From assembly GCA_033763315.1 (NCBI GenBank), contig JANRKS010000006.1, positions 192,001-256,000 on the forward strand: DNA of 64,000 bases. The letters run 5' to 3'. Numbering within the stretch: the first letter of the stretch is position 1; every line of letters begins with the position of its first letter. Below the pieces are notes generated by a model. The model made no database searches and was not told the origin of the DNA. It was given only the letters and a program-made list of their open reading frames with translations. This DNA is from Deltaproteobacteria bacterium (GTDB taxonomy: Bacteria; Myxococcota_A; Polyangia; Fen-1088). Below, piece after piece: positions 53,574 through 62,417 of the stretch. The position numbers were made by a program, and so were the translations under genes.

Positions 53574-53732
53574 GACGAAGCAGGAACACACCGTGGCCTG
53601 TGAATGAGGCCCCGGCCTTGCGTTTTTACACCGCTTCTTCCACGGATTCGCTGTGAGAAACGAGAAAAATGCCTGCGACTTTAAGCGATGCCTTAGAGCG
53701 CGACGCGCGGCGGGCCCTTGCAGCGCTCCGGC

Positions 53733-55667
53733 CTAGTCTTTGACCGGCGTTGCCCGGATCGCGGCCTTGCCATCCTTCACATACACCGCGAAGCGCGCGC
53801 CGCGGCAGTTGTACTTCGCCACGATTGCCTTGCGGTTTTCTTCCAGGCGTTCCCGAAACTTTTCAAGCGTCAGGCCGCGGGTGGATTCGCCGGTTTGGCT
53901 GCGAACCGCCACGTACTCCGCGAAAACTTCACGCATATGGGCCTCGTCAGGGTCGGGCGCCGGCGCGCCGTTGTTCATGTTCGCGGTGGGCGAATCATCC
54001 GCTTGAGCGGTTGGCATCGCGCCGCGGGCGGCCTGCAAAGATCCCGTGCTTGCGGCAGGCATCGGCACCGTTGGTGTGGGGCCCCCGTCGTTGGAGTATC
54101 CGTGTGCATTGGCGGGCGCGCCGCCGCCAAACGCTGGTGCCGCGGGCGGCGCTGCCATAGGCCGCGGTGGCATGGCGCCGCCTAAGCCAGGCCCCACGTT
54201 CGCAGCGGGTGTCGGCCGCGATGGCCCTGACAGGGGAGGCGACGACAGCCGTGCGTTGGGCGTGGCACCGGGAATGGGCATTGGCCCTGAGGGCGGTGGC
54301 ATCGAAAACGCACCAGGCGCCGCCCCGGACGCTTGCCCGAAGCTTGGCGGTGGACCGAACGAAGGTGCGCCCGGAAAACTCACAGGCGTGGGCGCTGGGT
54401 TCGAGAAGCCGCCTGGCGTTTTCTGCGGCCCAAAACCGCTCGTCGACGAGGGGCTGCCCAAGGGTGGCAACGATGGCAAATCAACCGAGCGACCGCCCCG
54501 ATCGCCCAGGATCGCCGAAAGGTCTTTCTTGTTGTCATGGGCACCATCGCCATGAATGAAACGTTCGAGCGCCGCATTCACGTCGCGGGCGATGGCACCA
54601 AAGCGGCCGGGGTGTTTGTGATCGTCCAACTTCTGCAGTTCGCCGCGCGCCAGCTTTTGCACATCGCTGCGCAACACACCCAAAGGCTTTTCCATCTCGC
54701 GCCTTTGCAGGAACAAGCCGACGCCGATGATCAACAGCACCGCGCCTCCCAGGCGCAGCCATGGAAACACGGCCCAACCCAGATCTTCTTTCGTCGTCGA
54801 AGCAAGCAATTCCAAAGGTCCGCCCGCCTGCGTTTGCTTGACCATCAACACATAGTGCGCGCCCATCGCGGACGCTTGCCCGGCGAACGGTGCGGCCACC
54901 GCGAGCAACTCGTCGTTGCCGTGGGGGAGGGTGAATGCCTTCGTGCGATGCGCGCCCTTGATCTCGTCTTGGTGATCCTTTACACGATCGGCGAGTGAGC
55001 CCAAGGCACCCTCAGGCACCGAGGAGCTCAGAACCTGTCCTCCCAACAGGATGGCGACGTCGACGCCTAGGTTCTTACGCCACAACTCAACCATGCGATC
55101 GCCGGTGTCGAGTCCCACATAGATGGCGCCAACCACTTTGTCTTTGGCTTTGGATAGAACAGGCGCTGCCGCCACACGCGTGAGTTTGCCGTTCGAGCCC
55201 CACACGTCGTCGGACATGTAGCCACGCAAAGCGTCTGACACGACTTCCAGACCCGACACAAGTTCCGCATCGCGGTTGTTTTCACCTTCGCCAATGCGTC
55301 CCACGATGCGGCCGTTGCCATCCACCGCGGCCAACACGCGGATGCCGCGGCTGTCGAGATCCGGCACCAGGGATCCCAAGCGCCCGCGGATCGTTTCATT
55401 GAGCACTGAAGATTCGCCGTTGCCGCGCGTCGCGTTTTCCAACGTTTCCGTAATCACAGCGTCGCGGCCCAGCTTGGCCACACTTTGGATCCAGCGAATG
55501 GCGTCGTTCTTGAGCTGCTGTTCGGCTGCGTATTGTGCGCGATCTAAGCTTTGTGCTTCGGCGCTGGCCAGGTGGCGTGAAGCAGATCGCGGCGCCACCA
55601 AGGCAACCGTTGTGGCAACGCTGGCCACCAATGCAACGAGGATGAACCAAATCTTACTGAGGAACAT
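53733..55667 (-). CDS. MXAN_5187-like membrane protein (periplasmic Cache-like domain, HAMP-like segment, Pro/Gly linker, conserved C-terminal domain)
   Basis: MFLSKIWF TM; second TM then EKPL...F.AIARDVN; long P/G linker; C-terminal VF.EY...R..TGE...FAVYVKDGKAAIRATP. Confidence 0.7.
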   Translation of the reverse strand: MFLSKIWFILVALVASVATTVALVAPRSASRHLASAEAQSLDRAQYAAEQQLKNDAIRWIQSVAKLGRDAVITETLENATRGNGESSVLNETIRGRLGSLVPDLDSRGIRVLAAVDGNGRIVGRIGEGENNRDAELVSGLEVVSDALRGYMSDDVWGSNGKLTRVAAAPVLSKAKDKVVGAIYVGLDTGDRMVELWRKNLGVDVAILLGGQVLSSSVPEGALGSLADRVKDHQDEIKGAHRTKAFTLPHGNDELLAVAAPFAGQASAMGAHYVLMVKQTQAGGPLELLASTTKEDLGWAVFPWLRLGGAVLLIIGVGLFLQRREMEKPLGVLRSDVQKLARGELQKLDDHKHPGRFGAIARDVNAALERFIHGDGAHDNKKDLSAILGDRGGRSVDLPSLPPLGSPSSTSGFGPQKTPGGFSNPAPTPVSFPGAPSFGPPPSFGQASGAAPGAFSMPPPSGPMPIPGATPNARLSSPPLSGPSRPTPAANVGPGLGGAMPPRPMAAPPAAPAFGGGAPANAHGYSNDGGPTPTVPMPAASTGSLQAARGAMPTAQADDSPTANMNNGAPAPDPDEAHMREVFAEYVAVRSQTGESTRGLTLEKFRERLEENRKAIVAKYNCRGARFAVYVKDGKAAIRATPVKD

Positions 55668-55673
55668 GGCGCC

Positions 55674-56405
55674 TTATTCGGGGTCAACGGGGGAGGCAGA
55701 AGCCACATCGATTTGAAGGGCTTTCATGTTGTTGCGAACGTCGATCGCTTGTTCATGGACGAACTGGCCGCGGGCCCACACTTTCAACGTTGCTTTTCCT
55801 TCGGGCATATCAGGCAGTTTGAAGTTGCCTTTGGCGTCGCAGATCGCGGCATAGGGGTTATCAACCACGATCACCGCAATCGAAAGGTGAGGGTATTGAG
55901 CGCTGCGAATTTCATAAACGCCGGGCACAGGAAACTTTTGCCGACGCAAAGTTCCTGGTGCCAAGCGTTCAAGCGGCATCAAGGCCTCTTGCCCTGGAAT
56001 GGACAGATCGTGCGGCACCTTATCGCCGTTGCGAATCTCAACCACGGAATTGGTGCCCACGATCAACGTGGGCTTGTTCGCTCCGAACCCAGCGATGTCG
56101 ACCGCGAACGTTTTGGCTTCCGGGGCCTGGCCCTTGGCGTCTGTCACGAGCACGACGGGTGGGTCAGGCGTCACGGCGGGGGACACTGGCACCGATCCGT
56201 TCTCTACGCGCCAGTAGCCGGGGAAACGTCGACCGTTCTCCAAGCTTTCCGACAAGGTCACCCGGCCTTTGACGGACTCGGCATAGGCATCAGTGTTTGG
56301 CAGTGACCAACACACAAGTGACAGCGTTGACAGAGCAAAAAAGCGAAAGGGTGTGCGCATCGGCTGCATCAACTTTTCCAGGCGAAAAACGTTTGAGACC
56401 TTCAT
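55674..56405 (-). CDS. Exported cupredoxin-like / carboxypeptidase-regulatory-like protein
   Basis: Signal-like segment; IRNGDKVPHDL, F..PGVY, NPY...D..GNF.L..MP.G...LKVW; start uncertain. Confidence 0.6.
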   Translation of the reverse strand: MKVSNVFRLEKLMQPMRTPFRFFALSTLSLVCWSLPNTDAYAESVKGRVTLSESLENGRRFPGYWRVENGSVPVSPAVTPDPPVVLVTDAKGQAPEAKTFAVDIAGFGANKPTLIVGTNSVVEIRNGDKVPHDLSIPGQEALMPLERLAPGTLRRQKFPVPGVYEIRSAQYPHLSIAVIVVDNPYAAICDAKGNFKLPDMPEGKATLKVWARGQFVHEQAIDVRNNMKALQIDVASASPVDPE

Positions 56406-56563
56406 ACGTTAGCCCGCCTCGTTTCTACCTGGGAACCGATCTCAGAGCAACAGCCGGAAATGGTTGTTCGGCAGGGCGGCAAGCCCGGTGCGTTCGCTGG
56501 GCTCGCGAGGAATCCTGACAGCGGCGCCAGCGAAACCGCAACGGCGGCGCTATTCTGCGCCTC

Positions 56564-57010
56564 GTGAGTTCCAAGCCTGCTCCCACCCCCAAGCCCCCCA
56601 ACACAGCCAACGACATGAAAGACATGCGCACACCTTCGCGTGAGTTGGAGACGTTCCCCAACCCCAACCCTGGCCGCGATTACAGCATTCATTTCGACAC
56701 TCCTGAGTTCACGTGCTTGTGCCCGAAGACGGGCCAGCCTGATTTCGCAACGATTCGTGTGGAATACATTCCGGATCGCCTATGCGTTGAATTGAAATCG
56801 TGGAAGCTTTACCTGTGGTCGTATCGCAATGAGGGCGGCTTTCATGAAGCGGTCACCAACAAGATCCTTGACGATCTGGTTGCCGCCACCCAACCGCGTT
56901 GGGCGCGCATCGAAGGCGACTTCAATGTGCGGGGCGGCATCCATACGGTGATCGTCGCGACGTATGAAGCGCCTGAAAAGGCGCAGAAGAAGGCTAAGAA
57001 GAAGAGATAG
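56564..57010 (+). CDS. queF: NADPH-dependent preQ0 reductase, type I
   Basis: [42 protein letters not shown]. Confidence 0.96.
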   Translation: MSSKPAPTPKPPNTANDMKDMRTPSRELETFPNPNPGRDYSIHFDTPEFTCLCPKTGQPDFATIRVEYIPDRLCVELKSWKLYLWSYRNEGGFHEAVTNKILDDLVAATQPRWARIEGDFNVRGGIHTVIVATYEAPEKAQKKAKKKR

Positions 57011-57014
57011 GGCG

Positions 57015-57054
57015 ATGAAGCCTGCGGGCACGTCTCTTCGGCGTGCCCCTTCAT
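57015..57054. terminator. Hairpin between convergent queF and HEAT-repeat gene
   Basis: GGGCACGTC-TCTTC-GGCGTGCCC stem flanked by ATGAAG/CTTCAT; no U tract. Confidence 0.45.
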
Positions 57055-57060
57055 TCCCGG

Positions 57061-58653
57061 TCAGTTTTTGTTTTGAATCACAGCCAAAGCGACCTGTGTT
57101 TCAGCAAGCTGAGACACGGCCCCCGGCAAACGCGCCGAGCTTTTGTCGGCATCAATAAGCTCGGTCAATTTCGTCACACACTCAGAACACGTCTTGTTGG
57201 CCAAACGGGTAAGCGCCAACAACATGGCGTGATGTGACGGAAACTGATCCTGTTGCAGCGTCTTTACAGGCTTGAGCCCCGCGAGCAGCAACGGAATGCC
57301 TTGTTTGGCGTCGCCCGATAAACCGATGGCCACCGCGCCTTTTTCCGAACGCGCAGGCGAGGGGTCTTTTAGCGCCTTGCCGTAACAAGCAAGATCTTTG
57401 TCGCACTCGCGCGCCACCTGCATGCGGTCCAACGCTTCGCCGAGCGCACCCTGCACTTCGGTTTCCTTATCGAAAAGATCTTTGAATTGATCGTATTCGG
57501 CCTTGGTGGCCAAGCGTGCAAAGTCGATGGCCGCAGACGCCCGCAAATCAGACGCCTTTTCACCTTCGATCGTGATGTAGCCCGATTTCGCTGTCTCGAA
57601 CAACACCGGCAAGGCGCGACGATCGCCCGCCAGGAACAAAGCATTGGAGGCCGCCAGGCGCAGCTTGGGCTCTTGCTTGCCGTCTTTAAGCACGGCGATC
57701 AAAGCATCAACGGCTTCAGGGGTTCCCGTGTTGCCCAGCGACAACAAGGCCTGCGAATGTTCGGGGCCCACTTTGGTTTTCTTCAAGATGGCGAGCAGCG
57801 GCTGCACAACCTTGGGTGACCGGAAATCACCCAACACGTACGCTGCCTTGTAAGGCACGACGCCCGGCGAAAGTTCGTCGAAGTTGAGCTCCTTCGCCAT
57901 CTTCGATACATCCGCGTTCTTGCCTTCGAGCAGGTTGAGCAGCGGTGCAATGGATGGTTCACCAATGCCCACCAAAGCCAAGCGGCATTCTTGAAACAGC
58001 TGCGTGCCCCGGCCCGTCATGAACAGGCCCTTGAGCAACGCGGGAATCGCTGCCGGATCTTTAATCTCCGCCAAGGCCAACGCCGCCGTTTTGTTCAGCA
58101 GGAAGTCTTGTTCGTCGGCCGACGTTGTGAGGATCTTCGCCAACGCTGGTGTGGCGCCTTTGTCTTTAATGCGCGCCAAGGCCCGGATGGAAGCCACGCG
58201 CACTTGGTTGGCCTGCGATTTGATCGGCAGTGGCTTTTCTGCGGCCGCTGACAACCCAGCCACCCCTTGCACGGCTTTCATGTCGCCCAAGAAGCCCGCG
58301 GCCACTTGTGCGTTCTCGAAATTGTCCGAATCGTAGGTCAATTGCCCCACGAACAGATCCACGGTGGACGGATCGTTGAGGCGCGCGATGGCGCGCAGGT
58401 GGTTGGGGTCTTTCGTTTCTTCAAACAGCGCGCGCAGTTCCGGCAACGCCTGCTTCGCCTTGTCGGCGTCCATGCGCGCCAGGTTGTCGAGCGCCTCTTT
58501 GCGCGTGCGCAAGCTGGAAAGCTTCTTGGCCCACGTCTTTGGATCGTTTGGATCGTCGCAACCAGCTGACACGAACCCCCAAGCCAACGTGGCGGCCAAA
58601 GCCATCCACACAAAGCCATTTGATCGAGTGGCCACCGTCTTCATCGCGCGCAT
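57061..58653 (-). CDS. HEAT-repeat lipoprotein
   Basis: Lipobox VSAGC; HEAT/PBS-lyase-like repeats; C-terminal CDKDLAC and CSEC; GGGAG upstream of ATG 58653. Confidence 0.8.
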   Translation of the reverse strand: MRAMKTVATRSNGFVWMALAATLAWGFVSAGCDDPNDPKTWAKKLSSLRTRKEALDNLARMDADKAKQALPELRALFEETKDPNHLRAIARLNDPSTVDLFVGQLTYDSDNFENAQVAAGFLGDMKAVQGVAGLSAAAEKPLPIKSQANQVRVASIRALARIKDKGATPALAKILTTSADEQDFLLNKTAALALAEIKDPAAIPALLKGLFMTGRGTQLFQECRLALVGIGEPSIAPLLNLLEGKNADVSKMAKELNFDELSPGVVPYKAAYVLGDFRSPKVVQPLLAILKKTKVGPEHSQALLSLGNTGTPEAVDALIAVLKDGKQEPKLRLAASNALFLAGDRRALPVLFETAKSGYITIEGEKASDLRASAAIDFARLATKAEYDQFKDLFDKETEVQGALGEALDRMQVARECDKDLACYGKALKDPSPARSEKGAVAIGLSGDAKQGIPLLLAGLKPVKTLQQDQFPSHHAMLLALTRLANKTCSECVTKLTELIDADKSSARLPGAVSQLAETQVALAVIQNKN

Positions 58654-58671
58654 AGAGCCTGCTCCCCCCTG

Positions 58672-58714
58672 AAAAAACAACACCCTCGGCTCGCGCATGG
58701 CGATCGAGGGTGTT
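58672..58714 (-). terminator. Rho-independent terminator downstream of the exbBBDD operon
   Basis: 10-bp perfect stem AACACCCTCG/CGAGGGTGTT followed on the minus strand by GTTTTTT. Confidence 0.65.
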
Positions 58715-58765
58715 TGTATCTCAACCTTGGATTGTCTGCTGTCGTGTCATCAAGCGAGGCTGCTT

Positions 58766-59329
58766 TTATTCAGCGGCTGCGCCTGCGGCCTTAACTTTCG
58801 GTTGAACGGCGAAGTTCAGGTTTTGGTACCCAGCCACGGAGGCCGTGTACAAGATCTTCTTCAACGCCTTAAACTCAACCGCTTTGTCAGCCTGCAAGAT
58901 CACCAGCCCGTTGAAATCTTCATTGGGGTGGGTGAGCTTGTAGTTGTTCTTGAGTGTGATCAACCGATCGTGAAGTTCGGTGATCTTCGCATCGCCCGTG
59001 GCCGAATCGCGCAAAAGCTCTTCGCCCGTGGCAACCTGTTGCCCGTCCAACATCACCAAGTCTGGAGTCACACCAATGATGGGTGCGCGCTCTAGATCGG
59101 TCCATTGTTGGGCGTCAGGCAGAACCAGGTTCTTTTGCACGAAGACGATCTCGCCCGTCGCTGAGAACGACATCAGCAAAAAGATAACCAACATCGTCAT
59201 CATGTCGATGTAGGCCACCAGGTTCAAAGCCTCGGACAGCGACTTGCGCCCCCCGTGGCCCAGCTTGGCGCTTACGGTCTCAAGCTGGATTGATTTGTAA
59301 AGCTGTACGTGTGGAGCATGAATTGGCAT
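58766..59329 (-). CDS. ExbD/TolR family protein (AglS-like)
   Basis: LNLVAYIDMMTMLVIFLL with conserved TM Asp; FSATGE; LQADK..F. Confidence 0.9.
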   Translation of the reverse strand: MPIHAPHVQLYKSIQLETVSAKLGHGGRKSLSEALNLVAYIDMMTMLVIFLLMSFSATGEIVFVQKNLVLPDAQQWTDLERAPIIGVTPDLVMLDGQQVATGEELLRDSATGDAKITELHDRLITLKNNYKLTHPNEDFNGLVILQADKAVEFKALKKILYTASVAGYQNLNFAVQPKVKAAGAAAE

Positions 59330-59345
59330 CGTAATACCTCCGCCC

Positions 59346-59822
59346 TTACAGGCTGGCTCCCGCGGCAGCTTCGGTCAGCGAGACGGCCGGGAAGTGAGCC
59401 CCCAAGGCCGCATCCATGGTTTGCACCAAGATGTCGAACTTGATTGGATCCTCCGAGGCCACCTGCAGATCGTTGGTGTCTGGATGGGCTTCCTTGAGGC
59501 GCTTTAGTTCCACGCTCAAGTCAGCAAAGTTATACGCATCGCCTTGCTTGGGAATGCGCTTTGAAGTTTCGTTCTCGACCACGTTGTAACCCTCAGCGTC
59601 GACCGTGATGATGATCTTGGTCGCGATTTCGGGTGGTGGTGTTTCACCAGAGGCGCTTTTGGCTTTCTGTTGCACTTCAAGCCGCGCCAGCTGGGTCCAC
59701 ACCGCTGTGATCAAAAGAAACGAAACCATGCACGTGAGCAAGTCGATGTAGGGCACGAGGTTCAGGTCGGCGTTGACCGACTTCTTCCCGCTTTTGCCGC
59801 CCGTATCTACGGATACGCTCAT
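59346..59822 (-). CDS. ExbD/TolR family protein (AglQ-like)
   Basis: LNLVPYIDLLTCMVSFLLITAVW with conserved TM Asp; LVQTMD. Confidence 0.9.
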   Translation of the reverse strand: MSVSVDTGGKSGKKSVNADLNLVPYIDLLTCMVSFLLITAVWTQLARLEVQQKAKSASGETPPPEIATKIIITVDAEGYNVVENETSKRIPKQGDAYNFADLSVELKRLKEAHPDTNDLQVASEDPIKFDILVQTMDAALGAHFPAVSLTEAAAGASL

Positions 59823-59879
59823 GGTGATCTCCCTGTAGGGGAGGGGAAACCGATGTCTCCCGCTCCACGTTACTGCGTG

Positions 59880-60515
59880 TTAACCCTGGTGTCCGTGAGC
59901 GTCGCGACCTGCCGTGGCCAAGTTCAGTGCTTCCACTGTGCCTTGGTTGATGCCGTCGAGAATGCCTTGGGTTTTACCATTGAGCCACGCGAACGTAGCC
60001 AAGCCGATGATACCGGTGAACAACCCGAAAGCGGTGCAGTTCATGGCCTCAGAAATACCGCGTGAAAGCATGGTGGCTTTCAAGCTGGGATCCACACCCG
60101 CAACCGACGCGAACGACTTGATCAGACCCGAGATGGTTCCCAACAAGCCGGCCAACGTGGCCAAGTTACCCAGCATCGCCAAGTAACCCGTGCGCTTTTC
60201 AACCTTCGGCAATTGGCGAAGGGCTTCTTCGTCCATCGCTTGCTGAATGCTGTGTTCGCTGCCCGCGGCGTTGCGCAAACCAGCGGCGATGATCTTCGTG
60301 ACGGGGGCCGACACCTGTTCACAGGTGCTGATGGCGCCGCGCACGTTGCCTTGAACGATTTGAGCCTTGATGAGGCCCATCAACTTCTCCACATCGACCT
60401 TCGACTTCTGCAGAACCAAGAAGCGGTCAACGACGATCGCAACGATCATCACGAACATCACCAAGATGGGGTACATCCCCCAGCCACCCTCTTTAAACAT
60501 TTCAACAATATTCAT
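59880..60515 (-). CDS. MotA/TolQ/ExbB proton channel protein (paralog 2)
   Basis: GGWGMYPI TM1; GNLATLAGLLGTISG; GISEAMNCTAFGL. Confidence 0.93.
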   Translation of the reverse strand: MNIVEMFKEGGWGMYPILVMFVMIVAIVVDRFLVLQKSKVDVEKLMGLIKAQIVQGNVRGAISTCEQVSAPVTKIIAAGLRNAAGSEHSIQQAMDEEALRQLPKVEKRTGYLAMLGNLATLAGLLGTISGLIKSFASVAGVDPSLKATMLSRGISEAMNCTAFGLFTGIIGLATFAWLNGKTQGILDGINQGTVEALNLATAGRDAHGHQG

Positions 60516-60551
60516 GGCTGACTCCTTCTAAAACCTGTGAGCGAAATCCAA

Positions 60552-61193
60552 TTAACCGCGGGCCGCTGCTTTTGCGCTCGCCAGCAGGTTTGCAACGTTC
60601 TTACGAACCTCGGCAATGTCGTCGAGGATGTTCTGCGTTTTGCCGTTCAACCAAGCGTACGTGGCCAGACCCACGATGCCGGTGAACAAACCAAACGCGG
60701 TGCAGTTCATGGCTTCCGAGATGCCCTTCGAGAGCAACGTGGCCTTTTGCGAAGGATCCACACCGGCCACGCCAGCGAACGACTTGATCAAACCCGAGAT
60801 GGTTCCCAACAAACCGGCAAGCGTCGCCAAGTTGCCCAACATGGCCAAGTAACCGGTGCGCTTCTCGATCAAGGGAAGCTCGCGAAGGCCGGCCTCGTCC
60901 ATGGCTGAATTGATCTCGTCATCGGATCGATTCGCGCGCATGAGGCCCGCTTGCACGATGCGGGTCATCGGGGTTGTGTTCCCCGAACAGACCTTGATCG
61001 CGCCTTGGATGTTGCCCTGGGCGATCTGCTGCTTGAGCAGGGACACCAACTTGTCTTTGTCGATGACCGCTTTGCGCAGATACACCGCTCGCTCGACCAC
61101 GATCGAAATCGTAATCGCCAGCAAGATGAGAATTGGCCACATACCCCAACCACCTTCGTGGAAGGCATCGGCCAAGAGCTTGAGAAAGGTCAT
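60552..61193 (-). CDS. MotA/TolQ/ExbB proton channel protein (paralog 1)
   Basis: GGWGMWPI TM1; GNLATLAGLLGTISG; GISEAMNCTAFGL; AGGAG RBS. Confidence 0.93.
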   Translation of the reverse strand: MTFLKLLADAFHEGGWGMWPILILLAITISIVVERAVYLRKAVIDKDKLVSLLKQQIAQGNIQGAIKVCSGNTTPMTRIVQAGLMRANRSDDEINSAMDEAGLRELPLIEKRTGYLAMLGNLATLAGLLGTISGLIKSFAGVAGVDPSQKATLLSKGISEAMNCTAFGLFTGIVGLATYAWLNGKTQNILDDIAEVRKNVANLLASAKAAARG

Positions 61194-61457
61194 CGGCTCC
61201 TCCTATCGGACTTCATAAATGGGCTTGAACAACAGCTCACAACCAAACACGTCGAACACATGAACCGGGAAAGTTCCGCAAGCGTTTACCGATGGTTGGG
61301 CAACCAAGGGCTGGCTTTCGGCAGGGTCCCGGACAAACACACGGCAACTCGGCAAAGGTACGGTGCAAAAGAGGCGCTCTTATGGCAAAGGCCACTGATG
61401 CGGCGGATGCGAATCAAAGCTGAACAACAAGCTAATCGCTAAGTGAAGCACCGTAGA

Positions 61458-61473
61458 AGCATTTTGAATGCCA
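61458..61473 (-). promoter_or_regulatory. Candidate sigma-54 promoter for the exbBBDD operon
   Basis: Minus strand TGGCATTCAAAATGCT: GG-N10-GC, in the intergenic region upstream of the first exbB. Confidence 0.55.
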
Positions 61474-61532
61474 CAGTTTTGCGGCCTGTGTAAAGCCCAG
61501 AAACACATTCTTCCATTTGGCGCTGTGGCGAA

Positions 61533-61551
61533 TTGCCACGGTCCGTGGCAA
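61533..61551. promoter_or_regulatory. Perfect palindrome, candidate enhancer/operator
   Basis: TTGCCACGG-T-CCGTGGCAA; additional TGGC(A/G)A half-sites nearby; centred ~95 bp upstream of the predicted sigma-54 start. Confidence 0.5.
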
Positions 61552-61607
61552 ACGGTCTCGTTGGGCGTTGGCAATTCCGGCAGCCCCGCGGTAGTTTCAT
61601 TCGCTCC

Positions 61608-62132
61608 ATGCGCCTGACCCGGATTCTAGATGTGGCGGTTTTCGGCACGGTGGCCATCGCCGTTTTGCTGCCTCGGCCCGACGCGAAGGTGAAGCCGGGG
61701 CTTGAGCTCACGGACAGCCAGCGGGTGGAGTTGGCGCAACTGCAGGCGGTGTTGGCCCGCGACCCCGGGGCGGCGGAGCCATCGCTTGCGCTTTCCAGTT
61801 TGTTGTTGGACGGCGGCCGGCCCGAATGGGCGCTTTCGGTGCTGACGCCGGCCCTGGCCCGCAACCCCACGGACCACCGGTTGGCGATGCGGCAAAGCAT
61901 GGCCTTTGCGGATGACTGGGAGGCGATGGCGGCCTTCAAAGCGGCCGAGCGGGCGCTGGCCCTGTGCGAAAACGGTTCGAGCCACCCCTGCGGCGAACCC
62001 GATAAGGTGCGGTTGACCTTGCTCAAGTCCACGCTCGAAAAGGTGAAAGACATCGACCTGCGGGACAACCCCAACACGGCCAAAGAACGCATCCTGCAGG
62101 CGTTGCGGCCGGGCCGCGTGCCGCACAAATGA
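61608..62132 (+). CDS. Membrane-anchored TPR-like hypothetical protein
   Basis: N-terminal hydrophobic anchor; helical repeats; C-x7-C motif. Confidence 0.65.
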   Translation: MRLTRILDVAVFGTVAIAVLLPRPDAKVKPGLELTDSQRVELAQLQAVLARDPGAAEPSLALSSLLLDGGRPEWALSVLTPALARNPTDHRLAMRQSMAFADDWEAMAAFKAAERALALCENGSSHPCGEPDKVRLTLLKSTLEKVKDIDLRDNPNTAKERILQALRPGRVPHK

Positions 62133-62172
62133 GGGGGGCGTTAGCGTTCGTAACATTCCCGAAGATTGCGGC

Positions 62173-62201
62173 TTGACAGAAGCGACCTTCGTCCGCATCA
62201 T
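62173..62201 (+). promoter_or_regulatory. Sigma-70-type promoter of the tRNA pair
   Basis: TTGACA-17 bp-CATCAT followed by GC-rich TCCCCGC. Confidence 0.6.
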
Positions 62202-62301
62202 TCCCCGCCTACTGAGGGTGGGTTGGGCGGAAAAACTTAATGCTTATTGCTAGTTCCCGATCGGGGAACCCCACTGTTTGGCCCTCAAAAACCAAACGTT
62301 C

Positions 62302-62375
62302 GCGCCTGTAGCTCAACTGGATAGAGCATCGGCCTTCGAAGCCGAGGGCTGGGGGTTCGAACCCCTCCGGGCGCA
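62302..62375 (+). tRNA. tRNA-Arg(UCG), CCA not encoded
   Basis: Acceptor GCGCCTG/CGGGCGC; D arm GCTC..GAGC; anticodon stem TCGGC/GCCGA, loop CTTCGAA; T loop GTTCGAA. Confidence 0.93.
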
Positions 62376-62417
62376 CGCAAGTCTTCTGAAAACTGAATGT
62401 CGATTTGAATCTCTTCC

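Noticed and set aside
56405-56563. preQ1 riboswitch upstream of queF
   Set aside because: No preQ1 hairpin with A-rich tail is visible, and a -10 element 7 nt before the GTG suggests there is no leader
58654-58698. Longer start of the HEAT protein at 58698
   Set aside because: It falls inside the terminator hairpin, whereas a good RBS precedes ATG 58653
59880-61193. Assembly artefact duplicating exbB
   Set aside because: The N-terminal halves differ substantially and the conserved halves have many synonymous changes
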